This document shows, piece by piece, positions 1 through 9,623 of a stretch of DNA of 64,000 bases; positions within the stretch are counted from its first letter, which is position 1, and the number at the start of each line of letters is the position of its first letter. This DNA is from Bacteroidales bacterium (GTDB lineage Bacteria; Bacteroidota; Bacteroidia; Bacteroidales; UBA932), in the NCBI GenBank assembly GCA_028691975.1, contig JAQUYF010000004.1, positions 53-64,052 on the forward strand, given 5' to 3'. The position numbers and the translations under genes were made by a program. The notes below the pieces were generated by a model. That model ran no database searches, was not told the DNA's origin, and saw only the letters and a list, made by a program, of their open reading frames with translations.

Positions 1-300
1 AAGGTCTATTTAAAAAGAGGCAATGGAGAAGCCCTTAACAGAGTGATGTTCTCCGTTTCCAAGCGCAATTTCAAAAGAGCGGTTAAGCGCAACTTGCTTA
101 AGAGAAGACTGCGTGAATCATATAGGCTGAACAAAGCTATATTAACGAGCGATACTGTTAAGACAGATATATTATTTATATACATTGGTAAAGAAGTCCA
201 TGAATACAGTCTCATCTCCAAAGCAATGTGTGGGGTTTTGGAAGCGATCAATAAAGGTAATCAGAAAAATAGCAATAGCACCGATGGTGCTGTTGATTAA
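1..300 (+). CDS. rnpA: Ribonuclease P protein component, 5' end cut by the window edge
   Basis: Frame 1 is open from base 1. It carries the basic motif [20 protein letters not shown] typical of RnpA. yidD overlaps its 3' end, as in the conserved rnpA-yidD pair. Confidence 0.85.
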   Translation, partial: KVYLKRGNGEALNRVMFSVSKRNFKRAVKRNLLKRRLRESYRLNKAILTSDTVKTDILFIYIGKEVHEYSLISKAMCGVLEAINKGNQKNSNSTDGAVD

Positions 301-481
301 GATATACCAGGTTTGTATCTCTCCTTTTACTCCGGCCGCCTGCCGGTTCACCCCCACGTGTTCGGCTTATGCCATGGAGGCAATCAAAAAATACGGTCCG
401 TTTAAAGGAGGATTCCTCTCAATAAAAAGGATATTGAGATGTCACCCATGGGGCGGGTCGGGATATGACCCCGTACCCTAA
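185..481 (+). CDS. yidD: Membrane protein insertion efficiency factor YidD (start uncertain: ATG 185/200/284 or GTG 230)
   Basis: Matches the YidD signature: IYQ-ISP-...[17 protein letters not shown]...[17 protein letters not shown]. Confidence 0.9.
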   Translation: MVKKSMNTVSSPKQCVGFWKRSIKVIRKIAIAPMVLLIKIYQVCISPFTPAACRFTPTCSAYAMEAIKKYGPFKGGFLSIKRILRCHPWGGSGYDPVP

Positions 482-2328
482 TTTGTAGTTTCTTTGGAAC
501 AGTATTCGAAACGGTTGAGAATAGCCTCGACCTCTTTTTTGTCAGACAGATCTTTGGTCATCATGAGTAATTCTCTCTTAGGAAAATCCGTCAACTTCAA
601 AACAATCAACCCGTCAAGGCTGTAATTGAAAAGCGGATCTACGTTAAAGCAGACAATCCGCGAGTTAATTTTAATGTACTTTTTAACTAAAGTCGGAATT
701 CTATACTCGCCGTCAGAAAGTCGCAGCAAAAATCTGTCGAACTTTTCAAAAGTGTCCATCTTGTGACTGAGTAGCATGCTCGGATTTAGCCTTAAATAAT
801 CAGCCACAAAAGGTGTCCGTGGTGATACCATTGATTTTACTTCGTCAAGCGAACAATTGTTGCTGAGGTAATATACCATCAAGCTTTGATAAAATCTTGG
901 ATAGGAGTTACTGATACTTACCGGGCCGATAAAATATTTAGCGTCAGGGTAAAACATCACACTATGCATCAATCCTTTAATTAGCAACATGAGAGGAAGA
1001 GCCTCTTTTTGATACTCTACTGACACAAAAGATCGGCCAAGTTCAATAACTTGCTTGAGGGTTTCATCAAACTGGGCGGAATATTTAAACAGATTGTGTG
1101 TGTAGAAACCATCTATCCCTCCGTGTTTTTCATAGATCTCCTGCCCTATACCGAGCCTGTAAGCCCCGGCAATCTTTTTTCGATTTTTGTCCCAAAGTAT
1201 CAAGTGCTTGTAATACTTGTCATAATCATCCAAATCAAGAGGAAGGTTGGTGCCTTCTCCCGTTGCTCTGAAAGACTCTTCCCGTCGGCGTCCGATCTCA
1301 TGGATGATATTGGGGATATCTTCATAGTTGGCCAGGAATCCTTGATATGAGGCTACTTCAAACAACTTTTTAGACGCTATTTTCTCAAATTCCTTAATGA
1401 TGGCCTTTTTATCCTTCGGCAGCGCGATAGGAACAGGCCCTCCGATAGGATTTATTAACGATTCATTTTCGTTTTCCAAATCGCTTTGGAGAGCATAAAC
1501 TCGACTTCTCAGGTATCCTCCAAGATCTTTCAAATTATCATAATCATCCATTTCACTTGGCATAATCGGCTTTCCGATTCTTACAGGAAAGACTTTGCCC
1601 CTTTTAGTGAAAAGCTCTCTCGGTAAACGAAGAGTTCGAAGCATAGGATGAATCCTGCCCAACATGTGGAAAATTTTCGAGTTGGTACCTTCGAAATAAA
1701 TGGGAACTACCGGTACATTGGCTGTTTTGATAAATTTTATCATATTTTCCGGCCACGGAATATCCTCAATTACCCTTCCTTTCTTGAGGGATATTCTCTT
1801 CTTTGGTCTCTGATATGTGGCGACCTCTCCTGCCGGGAACAAACCCAGACAGCCTCCGGCAGCCACATGCTCTTTTGCCATTCTAATACCGGTAAAGCTC
1901 TTTCTGTTACTCGTACCTTCGGAAAAAGGGTTCACAGGCAGGAATGTGTCTTTCAAGGTAGGAATCATCGAAAGCAGGAAATTGGACAGAATCTTAAGAT
2001 CCGGTCTCATAGTCCCGACTATGGCACTGAGCATCAGCCCATCAACTCCTCCAAACGGATGGTTTGAGATAGTTATGAACGGACCTTCTTGAGGAATGTA
2101 GTCTAATTGTTGGGGTTTGAGAGAGTACGATACTTTTATATCTCTCAGCGTCAAGTCTGAAAAATCAGGACCGGTCGCATGGTGACATCTGTCGTAGCAT
2201 TTGTTGACCTTGTTAAAGCCCAGGAAATGCATCAGCCATGCTGAAAGTAGAAAACCGACAGGGCCTTTCATGTGAATGGTCCGCATAATGTCGGATTTAT
2301 TGATTACTTTTGCTCTCGCGCGTCTCAT
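478..2328 (-). CDS. Bifunctional lipid acyltransferase, OlsF-like (N-terminal PlsC-type O-acyltransferase plus C-terminal OlsB/GNAT-like N-acyltransferase)
   Basis: The N-terminal half has the acyltransferase motifs [10 protein letters not shown] and FPAGEV. The C-terminal half has [14 protein letters not shown] and ELGRSFV, typical of the OlsB/hemolysin-like N-acyltransferase fold. A -7 box lies 19 nt upstream. Confidence 0.7.
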   Translation of the reverse strand: MRRARAKVINKSDIMRTIHMKGPVGFLLSAWLMHFLGFNKVNKCYDRCHHATGPDFSDLTLRDIKVSYSLKPQQLDYIPQEGPFITISNHPFGGVDGLMLSAIVGTMRPDLKILSNFLLSMIPTLKDTFLPVNPFSEGTSNRKSFTGIRMAKEHVAAGGCLGLFPAGEVATYQRPKKRISLKKGRVIEDIPWPENMIKFIKTANVPVVPIYFEGTNSKIFHMLGRIHPMLRTLRLPRELFTKRGKVFPVRIGKPIMPSEMDDYDNLKDLGGYLRSRVYALQSDLENENESLINPIGGPVPIALPKDKKAIIKEFEKIASKKLFEVASYQGFLANYEDIPNIIHEIGRRREESFRATGEGTNLPLDLDDYDKYYKHLILWDKNRKKIAGAYRLGIGQEIYEKHGGIDGFYTHNLFKYSAQFDETLKQVIELGRSFVSVEYQKEALPLMLLIKGLMHSVMFYPDAKYFIGPVSISNSYPRFYQSLMVYYLSNNCSLDEVKSMVSPRTPFVADYLRLNPSMLLSHKMDTFEKFDRFLLRLSDGEYRIPTLVKKYIKINSRIVCFNVDPLFNYSLDGLIVLKLTDFPKRELLMMTKDLSDKKEVEAILNRFEYCSKETTN

Positions 2329-2346
2329 AGTTTTGTTTAAGGTTTA

Positions 2347-2354
2347 CAAAGGTA
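2347..2354 (-). promoter_or_regulatory. Bacteroidetes -7 promoter box TACCTTTG for the OlsF-like gene
   Basis: Perfect TAnnTTTG on the minus strand, 19 nt upstream of ATG 2328, in a 36-nt divergent spacer. Confidence 0.55.
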
Positions 2355-2364
2355 ATATTTTTAG

Positions 2365-4158
2365 ATGAATGTCAAAGACAAAATAGAATTTCTTCCACAT
2401 GGCCCCGGGGTCTACAGATTTCTTAATGTAGAAGGAACAGTAATCTATGTGGGAAAGGCCAAAGACCTGAAAAGGAGGGTGTCGCAATATTTCCGTCCCG
2501 TAGAGTCGCTGGATCGCAAGACTCGTGTAATGGTGGGCAAAATAGCAGATCTTCAGCACACTGTTGTGGAGAGCGAAGAAGATGCTCTCCTGCTTGAAAA
2601 TAACCTGATAAAGCAACTTCAGCCCAAATACAATATTCTTCTCAAAGATAGTAAGACATATCCGTGGATATGCATAAAAAATGAGCCTTTTCCGAGAATA
2701 TACCTGACCAGAAGATATGTTAAAGACGGCTCGCAGTACTTTGGCCCATACAGTTCAGTCATTTATGCCAAGGGGATGCTTAATCTGATAGGGACTCTTT
2801 ATAAGTTGAGAGTTTGCAAACTTTCACTGACTCCGGATAATATTGCCTCCGGCAAATTCAGGCCATGCCTGAATTATCACATAGGCAAGTGCCTGGCTCC
2901 ATGTGTGGGGATCATCAAGTCTGAAGAGTATCAAAGGCAGATAAGTTCCATCACTTCGCTGTTGAAGGGGGATGTTGCTCTTTTAATCAAAGAGTACAGG
3001 GAGGAGATGAAGTCTGCGGCAGCTGAAATGCGTTTTGAGCAGGCTCAAGAGGCAAAAGAGAAGATAGAGGCTCTGGAACACCATTACAGTAAATCACTTA
3101 TTGTCGGTCAGGGAACCACGGATGTGGATGTATTCTCACTTGTGATAGACAATTTCGATGTATTTTGCAACTTTATGCGCATCAAAGGCGGCTGTATCAT
3201 TCAATCTTTCAATATGGAAATGAAGATGAAGATTGAGCAGAGTGAAGAGGAATTACTGAGCATATTCATGGGAGAGATTATCTCCAAATTTGGGGAGCTG
3301 TCCAAAGAGATACTTGTACCTTTTATGCCGGATCAAAGTTTTGACGGTAAAAATGTACATATTCCGCAGAAGGGTGACAAGTCGAGCCTCCTGGAGTTGA
3401 GCCGAAAGAATGCCGCAGAGTTAAAATTCAACAAAATGAAACAGGAAGAGTATTTGAGACCTGACGATCATAGAGAGAGGATTGTTTCAAATCTTCAGAA
3501 AGACCTTGGGATGAAAGTGCCACCTGTTCATATAGAGTGCTTTGATAACTCCAATATTCAGGGGACTGATCCGGTCGCATCATGTGTGGTATTTAAGAAT
3601 GGGGTGCCAAGCAAGAAGGACTATAGACACTTTAATATCAAGACAGTCGTAGGAGCGAATGATTATGCATCTATGAAAGAGGTGGTAAACAGACGTTATT
3701 CGCGTCTTATGGCGGAAGGAGAGCCGTTGCCTCAACTTGTAGTAATCGATGGAGGACGAGGACAGCTTAATTTTGCTTTGGAGGCATTGCTGGAGCTTGG
3801 TCTCTCGGAGGAGATACACATCATAGGAATAGCCAAGCGACTTGAAGAAATCATTGTCCCGGGAGATCCGCACCCTTTATTTTTAGACAAAAATTCAAGT
3901 TCTCTGAGGGTACTGATGAGTATTCGAGATGAGGCACACAGGTTTGGCATTACTCATCATCGTGGAAAGAGGAGCACGCGACAGCTCTCTTCTCAGCTTA
4001 GTAAAATAAATGGAGTGGGGCCAAAGACAGAGGAAAAGTTGCTGCTAAAATTTAAAAGTGTGGCGAGGATAAAAAAGGCCTCTTTTGAGGAACTCTCTAA
4101 AGAGGTTGGGAAAAGCATTGCTCAGGCCATTTTAGACTACTTCAGTGGGAACAGTTGA
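2365..4158 (+). CDS. uvrC: Excinuclease ABC subunit C
   Basis: N-terminal GIY-YIG region (GVYRFLNVEGTVIYVGKAKDLKRRVSQYF), a UVR domain (FEQAQEAKEKIEAL) and a C-terminal HhH. At 597 aa the length is typical. Confidence 0.95.
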   Translation: MNVKDKIEFLPHGPGVYRFLNVEGTVIYVGKAKDLKRRVSQYFRPVESLDRKTRVMVGKIADLQHTVVESEEDALLLENNLIKQLQPKYNILLKDSKTYPWICIKNEPFPRIYLTRRYVKDGSQYFGPYSSVIYAKGMLNLIGTLYKLRVCKLSLTPDNIASGKFRPCLNYHIGKCLAPCVGIIKSEEYQRQISSITSLLKGDVALLIKEYREEMKSAAAEMRFEQAQEAKEKIEALEHHYSKSLIVGQGTTDVDVFSLVIDNFDVFCNFMRIKGGCIIQSFNMEMKMKIEQSEEELLSIFMGEIISKFGELSKEILVPFMPDQSFDGKNVHIPQKGDKSSLLELSRKNAAELKFNKMKQEEYLRPDDHRERIVSNLQKDLGMKVPPVHIECFDNSNIQGTDPVASCVVFKNGVPSKKDYRHFNIKTVVGANDYASMKEVVNRRYSRLMAEGEPLPQLVVIDGGRGQLNFALEALLELGLSEEIHIIGIAKRLEEIIVPGDPHPLFLDKNSSSLRVLMSIRDEAHRFGITHHRGKRSTRQLSSQLSKINGVGPKTEEKLLLKFKSVARIKKASFEELSKEVGKSIAQAILDYFSGNS

Positions 4159-4836
4159 GGATTGCGACAGTTTGAGCCACTGGATAAGTCCGTTGATCGA
4201 GTTGGCTAAATAGAATACCCACATGATTATCATCGTCTCGGCATGAGCTTCTCCGCGGACTGTAAGTATTATCCACATAATCACACTTATCACATTGGTC
4301 ACAATCCACAAGTACCACTGTTCGGTAAATGCCCTGACCATTAGAAACATTGCAATAATTGAGAGGACGTTGGTTGCAGAATCTTTGTAGGGTTGAGGAT
4401 CTCCAACTTTGTCAAGTATGTAGCCGCATCCGGCAACTGCTACTGCACAGACCGCAATTAGAAGGATCAACTGTTTTGTACTCATTCGGCGCGCTTTCAC
4501 CTTACTTTCATCTTGAGACTGTTTCTTCTTTTGCCAGCTGAACCATCCGACAAACTGCATCGGGATATAATAAAGGGCGTTTAGAGCAGCATCTCCATAA
4601 AGTTTTGATTTATATGCAATATATGCATACAGGGTGACGTTAACAAGTCCGAAAACATAATTCAGTATGCTTCCTTTGGCCGAAAGTACTACGCATACAA
4701 GACCTGTAAAGCTCGCAACAAAGCCTAAAACATCAAATTCTCCGGTAAAAACAGAATAGATGACACTGGTTACAATGACTCCTATTATGAGAAAATAGTC
4801 AAAAGGAGAAAGAGTGTTTTTGCTGAACAGTTTCAT
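4132..4836 (-). CDS. pnuC: PnuC-family nicotinamide riboside transporter (paralog 1)
   Basis: Multi-TM protein with PnuC-like blocks (SAKGSILNYVFGLVNVTLYAYIAY, PMQFVGWFSWQ, EQWYLWIVTNV). It starts 8 nt after the stop of the upstream 984-aa gene. Confidence 0.8.
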   Translation of the reverse strand: MKLFSKNTLSPFDYFLIIGVIVTSVIYSVFTGEFDVLGFVASFTGLVCVVLSAKGSILNYVFGLVNVTLYAYIAYKSKLYGDAALNALYYIPMQFVGWFSWQKKKQSQDESKVKARRMSTKQLILLIAVCAVAVAGCGYILDKVGDPQPYKDSATNVLSIIAMFLMVRAFTEQWYLWIVTNVISVIMWIILTVRGEAHAETMIIMWVFYLANSINGLIQWLKLSQSSTVPTEVV

Positions 4837-4844
4837 AATATCGG

Positions 4845-7799
4845 TTAAAGTCCTGTACGGAATAACACATTCCAGTAATTCCTGTTATCGGCGGTACGAG
4901 CGTAGCGAAAGCCGAAACTTAACTCGCTCCCAATACGTATTATGTGTGCACTGAGTATAACATCGACTCCGTGAGAGTAATAAGGTTGTTTTGGATTAGG
5001 GATAATATCTCCATTAAAGGGGTAGCTCTTATCCCGCTCAATGGCAACATCTACGAAAGGAATCACTTGCAATCTCTTAAGGAAGAAAAGCCACGGCCAT
5101 GATACGTCTCCCAAATAGATAGGGATAGCATAATCGACTGTGAATTTGGTGTAATCAGACAATATGTGATTTGTATAGCCTCTCGGCATCGAAGCAGCAT
5201 TAGGGATAAATCCGAAATACTCTTTTGAGAATTGCTTTTGATATGAGGCAGTCAACTTTAATCCCTGCTGTCTTGTCAGGCCTGGAAGATAGCCGTACAC
5301 GTATGTGTAAATCAGATTGCCCAACTCATTGTGATTGCCGAACGAGGATGTTCCTTGCAGATCGACTCCAAGACCCCACCTTGGAAAGAGTGCTGTTCTG
5401 GTTTCAGAGAGCATGGAATAAAATCTCACACCGTAAGTCAGACTGTGCCTGTATTTGAACGGGGAGCCGTAAACAGACAATTGATCATTACTGAAATTAA
5501 GTGTAACTTGTGGAATAAGCCCTCTGTGCCAGCCGGATTTGCTGAAGTTCAGCGGGACATATACTTTAAGGGATGCATCCAATGCAGGTGTGGAGGTGGT
5601 ATCTATATGATAAGTTATCGGATATTTTTGTATGCCGTCATTAGTTTCCGCGACTGCTTTATCAATGGTAGTTATCTGCCTGTTTCTGTCATTATAATCA
5701 ACGGCAAGTTCAAATATTGGGTAAAAGCCTGAATAGTTGAAATTAAGGTGCCCGGAGTGGAAGCCTTTATGGTATGAATATCCAAGTTGGGCGGTGGCGT
5801 TTCCGAGTGTATTTTGAGAGATGACAGTTGCCCCCAGGGAGACCAGTTGATAGTAGTGGTCATAACTCATAGTCATTATCCTGTCTATATTGGCATAAAA
5901 AGGAGCCCAGGAGTGAATATTAATCAAATGTGTAAATCTCTTATATGGATAGGCTTTAATGGTGTCGGCCAAAGTCTTAAATGCTTCATCTTCTTCTTCA
6001 GTTATCGGCGTGGTATTTTGTTTTGCCTGCAAAGCCAACTGCTCTGCCACAGGATGCTTAAAAGGCTTATCAAAACTTGCGGGAGACCATTCCAACGAAT
6101 CAAGGGATGTCTTGACAGGATGATATCCTATCGTGCTGTAATCGGAATAGTATAACTCTCCTGTGCTCTCATTTATGATCGGATTCGTAGCGCCATATCG
6201 AGAATTTGTCAGTTTCTGTAAAAATTTGGTGCGCGGATTGTAGGTGTATGCATTATTCAAGCCATCCAAGTCTGAGACAAAATAGAGTTGGTCCCTGTAT
6301 GCCTTCATGTTTTGAATATAACAGTTCTGCTCCGGTATTTCAAGATACCACTCATTTTCCGGGTCTGAAATGTCAATTGCATAGAGGCCAAGGCCTTTTT
6401 CCGTAATGACAGACGTATATGAGATGTTTCCAATCAATACCCCCTTGAGCACTTGTCCGTGATTTGGCGCCGCCTTTTTGAAGACAGCATCCCCGCTGGC
6501 TCTGTCAAGAACCACAAGATTGGATCCGCCCTCAAGAATGTACTCGGCAACTAAGATGGAATCGTTAGATGGTGAGAGTGTAGGGTTGAAGTATCTCGTG
6601 TTGTGGGTAATGTCTCTCATTTTGTGGGTCTTTATATCATAACTTCTTATGATAGAAGATGTTTTAAGGTCCCATCTTACATCAGGTACGGTTTCGGCCC
6701 AGACAATAGTGCCGTCTCCGGTTGGTACTAAGTCGCTTGTTGTGGAGGAGAAAGGCCTGATCTGATGAGTTTGTCCCATCGAATCTATTTCTACAAGGGC
6801 GCGCGCATGCTCGTATCCGGATCTTAGGGATATGGTGCTTCCGTTCTCCCATGGGAGAAGGTTTGTATAACTGGTGTACAAATGGTCATTATCGGCAAGC
6901 AAATAGTTGAAAGGAGAGTACGGAGCACGGCGTTGAAAGTCTTTTGTCCACATATCGACCATAAAGGAGGTCATATATCTCCAATTTTTTCTTGCGGTCT
7001 TTCCTGTTGCCTGCTGAAACCCTACGTTCCATCCGCTGAAGAAATTCCACCAGTTAGACACGATTCTGTCGAAGATTTTACCTGTTGAGTAGTAATCATC
7101 TGTGAAATAGCGAGTATCACTTAACATCATGTACCCGAAAGCATATTTGTTAGGGGTGTAATAGTGATAGGATCCATATCTCCATTTGTCGTAACTGCGC
7201 GTATCACCTTCAATGAATGCTGCTCTGTAGTACATCAGGAAAGAACCGCTCCTTCCCCTTCCCGAATTAGACATATCCGTCTCGTGAATAGTGGCATCAC
7301 CCTCCATAATCCACGCAGAAGGGTAAATTCCCACCCCGAGAGCAATGGACTGTTCTCCAAGGAGAAAGTTAAAGACCTTGAATGTTTTTTTTGTGTAGTG
7401 CTGCATCTGACTAACGTGCCTACCTTCGTGCAAAACGAGTTGTTTTTCCCAATTTTGGGCATAGCCTCCTGTGGCAGGAGGCGTGGTAATCAGCTCGACA
7501 CGCTTAGGTGCCCACACTACGGTTGCGTTACTTTGAGTTGAATAAGGACGTATTATAAGTGGAACTTTCGGAGTCTCGATAAGTAGTCCCTTTTCAGTAT
7601 TGGATCTGTTTTTCTCGAAGAGATAAAGATATCTCCTTGCAAGAGAATCCATCTCTTGCGGGTAGAGTATGTTGTAGTGGTTGCTTTTTATCTGCATCCA
7701 TTTCACACTGGCCGGGTCGGAGCCAATGGAGTAGTATTGGGCAAATAATGAGCAATTTACCAGCAATAACAGAGCGACAAATATTATCTTCCTTTTCAT
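4845..7799 (-). CDS. Exported 984-aa protein with an HEXXH metallopeptidase-like N-domain, a TolB-like beta-propeller middle and a C-terminal beta-barrel-like region
   Basis: Signal peptide MKRKIIFVALLLLVNCSLFAQ. HEGRH is encoded at 7416..7430. The middle region has repeated propeller-like segments. The C-terminal roughly 350 aa shows alternating hydrophobic/aromatic strands. Start set at ATG 7799 because a -7 box sits at 7811..7818, downstream of the longer ORF start at 7835. Confidence 0.7.
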   Translation of the reverse strand: MKRKIIFVALLLLVNCSLFAQYYSIGSDPASVKWMQIKSNHYNILYPQEMDSLARRYLYLFEKNRSNTEKGLLIETPKVPLIIRPYSTQSNATVVWAPKRVELITTPPATGGYAQNWEKQLVLHEGRHVSQMQHYTKKTFKVFNFLLGEQSIALGVGIYPSAWIMEGDATIHETDMSNSGRGRSGSFLMYYRAAFIEGDTRSYDKWRYGSYHYYTPNKYAFGYMMLSDTRYFTDDYYSTGKIFDRIVSNWWNFFSGWNVGFQQATGKTARKNWRYMTSFMVDMWTKDFQRRAPYSPFNYLLADNDHLYTSYTNLLPWENGSTISLRSGYEHARALVEIDSMGQTHQIRPFSSTTSDLVPTGDGTIVWAETVPDVRWDLKTSSIIRSYDIKTHKMRDITHNTRYFNPTLSPSNDSILVAEYILEGGSNLVVLDRASGDAVFKKAAPNHGQVLKGVLIGNISYTSVITEKGLGLYAIDISDPENEWYLEIPEQNCYIQNMKAYRDQLYFVSDLDGLNNAYTYNPRTKFLQKLTNSRYGATNPIINESTGELYYSDYSTIGYHPVKTSLDSLEWSPASFDKPFKHPVAEQLALQAKQNTTPITEEEDEAFKTLADTIKAYPYKRFTHLINIHSWAPFYANIDRIMTMSYDHYYQLVSLGATVISQNTLGNATAQLGYSYHKGFHSGHLNFNYSGFYPIFELAVDYNDRNRQITTIDKAVAETNDGIQKYPITYHIDTTSTPALDASLKVYVPLNFSKSGWHRGLIPQVTLNFSNDQLSVYGSPFKYRHSLTYGVRFYSMLSETRTALFPRWGLGVDLQGTSSFGNHNELGNLIYTYVYGYLPGLTRQQGLKLTASYQKQFSKEYFGFIPNAASMPRGYTNHILSDYTKFTVDYAIPIYLGDVSWPWLFFLKRLQVIPFVDVAIERDKSYPFNGDIIPNPKQPYYSHGVDVILSAHIIRIGSELSFGFRYARTADNRNYWNVLFRTGL

Positions 7800-7810
7800 A
7801 TAGCAAACAG

Positions 7811-7818
7811 CAAAGTTA
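7811..7818 (-). promoter_or_regulatory. -7 promoter box TAACTTTG for the 984-aa gene
   Basis: Perfect TAnnTTTG on the minus strand, 12 nt upstream of ATG 7799. Confidence 0.55.
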
Positions 7819-7866
7819 CTAAAATAGTTATTCACAATGACTCTTGATTAATTTTTTATAATGAAT

Positions 7867-7874
7867 TAACTTTG
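7867..7874 (+). promoter_or_regulatory. -7 promoter box TAACTTTG for the Na/Pi cotransporter gene
   Basis: Perfect TAnnTTTG, 24 nt upstream of ATG 7899. It overlaps the TTG start at 7872 in the ORF track, which argues for the ATG. Confidence 0.55.
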
Positions 7875-7898
7875 CGCCCAAATAATATTAAGCAGCTT

Positions 7899-9623
7899 AT
7901 GCACGTCGTTCTTCAAATCTTTACACTGCTCGGTTCTCTTGGTTTGTTTCTTTATGGTATGACTCTTATGAGCGAGTCTCTCCAGAAAGTTGCAGGTAAT
8001 GGCCTGAGAAACTTTTTGGCATCGATGACATCCACTCCACTAAGGAGGATCTTGACGGGAGTACTCGTTACTGCCATAATTCAGTCGTCTTCAGCAACAA
8101 CCGTTATGACGGTCAGTTTTGTAAATGCGGGGTTGCTTACCCTTACGCAGTCAATCGGAGTGATTATGGGAGCAAATATCGGTACTACGGCGACCGCGTG
8201 GATTATCTCTCTGTTGGGATTTACCGCAGATATTACCGTAATATCAATTCCTTTAGTGGCAGTCGGATTTGCTTTTATGATGTCCCCAAAGGTCAAAAAA
8301 AAGAATATCGGTGAACTGATAATAGGATTTGCTCTTCTTTTCTTAGGATTGAGTTATCTGAAAAATTCGGTTCCGGATCTTAACTCTTCGCCTCAACTGC
8401 TCGCTTTTGTTCAGAGATGGACCGATTGGGGATTTTGGTCAATCCTGATTTTTGTCGGAATAGGAGCTGTTATGACGATATTGATGCAGTCTTCATCCGC
8501 AACAATGGCTCTAACTCTGGTTATGGTCAATTTTGGATGGATTCCATTTGCAGAAGCTGCAGCCATGGTACTTGGTGAGAACATAGGGACAACAGTAACA
8601 GTAAATATTGCTGCGGCTGTGGGCAATGTGTCTGCAAAAAGGGCAGCAAGGGCGCATTTGCTTTTCAATGTATTCGGTGTTGTCTTGGTGTTGCTGGTCT
8701 ATAACCCATTCTTGAAGATGGTTGCCAAGATTGTAGTCGGGCTTGGTTGTGAAGATCCGATGTTGCCTTACGCCACTATATCCGCAGTCAATCCGGAGAA
8801 AGCCTCGGTAACCTTGCTGTATGCGGTGTCAATGGTGCATACTCTATTCAACATAGGAAATACTCTAATTCTCGTTTGGTTTACACCTCTGCTTGTCAAG
8901 ATTGTGACATGGATGGTTCCGAGTCCGAAAGAGGAAGAACCATTCAGGCTTCAATATATACAGGGCGGTATTTTGGGTACGCCGGAGCTGTCTTTGACAC
9001 AATCCAAGATGGAAATTGTGCATTTTGCACAATTAATGAAGAAACAGTACGCATTTGCGCGAGAGGCGGTGCAAAAGGCTGATACTGAAGAGTTTGATAA
9101 GTTATTTGGTAAGTTGGAGCACTACGAGCAGATTGCTGACAGGATTGAGTATGAAATAGCGGACTATCTGACAAAAATCTCGGAAGGAGAGATTAGTCCG
9201 GAATCCGGTCGAAGAATACAGGCCATGTACAAGATTATAGGGGAGTTGGAAAGTGTAGGAGACTCAGGATACAATATAGGTCGTATTTTGCAGCGCAAAA
9301 ATATTAATGGGCTGCATTTTGAGGACAATCTGGTGAAGAAGCTCAATCAGATGTTTAATTTGCTGGATATCGCATTCGATGCGATGATATATAACTGCGA
9401 CAAAGGATATACTAAGATCAGCAATATATCAAATGCGCTTGATGCAGAGTATGATATCAACGAGTATCGTAACAATCTGCGTGAGGAGCATCTGGTTAAT
9501 ATAGAGAATAACGTTTACAGTTACTTTGTGGGCAACTATTACATCGATCTTGTGTCGGAAATTGAGAGGGTCGGGGACTTTATCATCAACATCTCCGAAG
9601 CTATTATTGAGATTAACGTTTAG
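7899..9623 (+). CDS. Na/Pi cotransporter family protein with a PhoU-like C-terminal domain
   Basis: Two internal repeats of the Na/Pi-cotransporter motif (QSSSATTVMTV... and QSSSATMALTL...GENIGTT). The helical C-terminal part resembles PhoU. Confidence 0.85.
   Translation: MHVVLQIFTLLGSLGLFLYGMTLMSESLQKVAGNGLRNFLASMTSTPLRRILTGVLVTAIIQSSSATTVMTVSFVNAGLLTLTQSIGVIMGANIGTTATAWIISLLGFTADITVISIPLVAVGFAFMMSPKVKKKNIGELIIGFALLFLGLSYLKNSVPDLNSSPQLLAFVQRWTDWGFWSILIFVGIGAVMTILMQSSSATMALTLVMVNFGWIPFAEAAAMVLGENIGTTVTVNIAAAVGNVSAKRAARAHLLFNVFGVVLVLLVYNPFLKMVAKIVVGLGCEDPMLPYATISAVNPEKASVTLLYAVSMVHTLFNIGNTLILVWFTPLLVKIVTWMVPSPKEEEPFRLQYIQGGILGTPELSLTQSKMEIVHFAQLMKKQYAFAREAVQKADTEEFDKLFGKLEHYEQIADRIEYEIADYLTKISEGEISPESGRRIQAMYKIIGELESVGDSGYNIGRILQRKNINGLHFEDNLVKKLNQMFNLLDIAFDAMIYNCDKGYTKISNISNALDAEYDINEYRNNLREEHLVNIENNVYSYFVGNYYIDLVSEIERVGDFIINISEAIIEINV

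Noticed and set aside
4837-4844. Looked for a TPP, FMN or other riboswitch ahead of either PnuC paralog (also 21469..21483)
   Set aside because: The upstream spacers are only 8 and 15 nt, which leaves no room for an aptamer.
7800-7835. N-terminal extensions in the ORF track (also 29068..29181, 41027..41080, 41065..41091, 16925..16978, 18278..18343, 53246..53308, 7872..7898)
   Set aside because: The extensions precede clear signal peptides or conserved N-termini, and in several cases they lie upstream of or across the -7 promoter box. Internal ATG starts were preferred.
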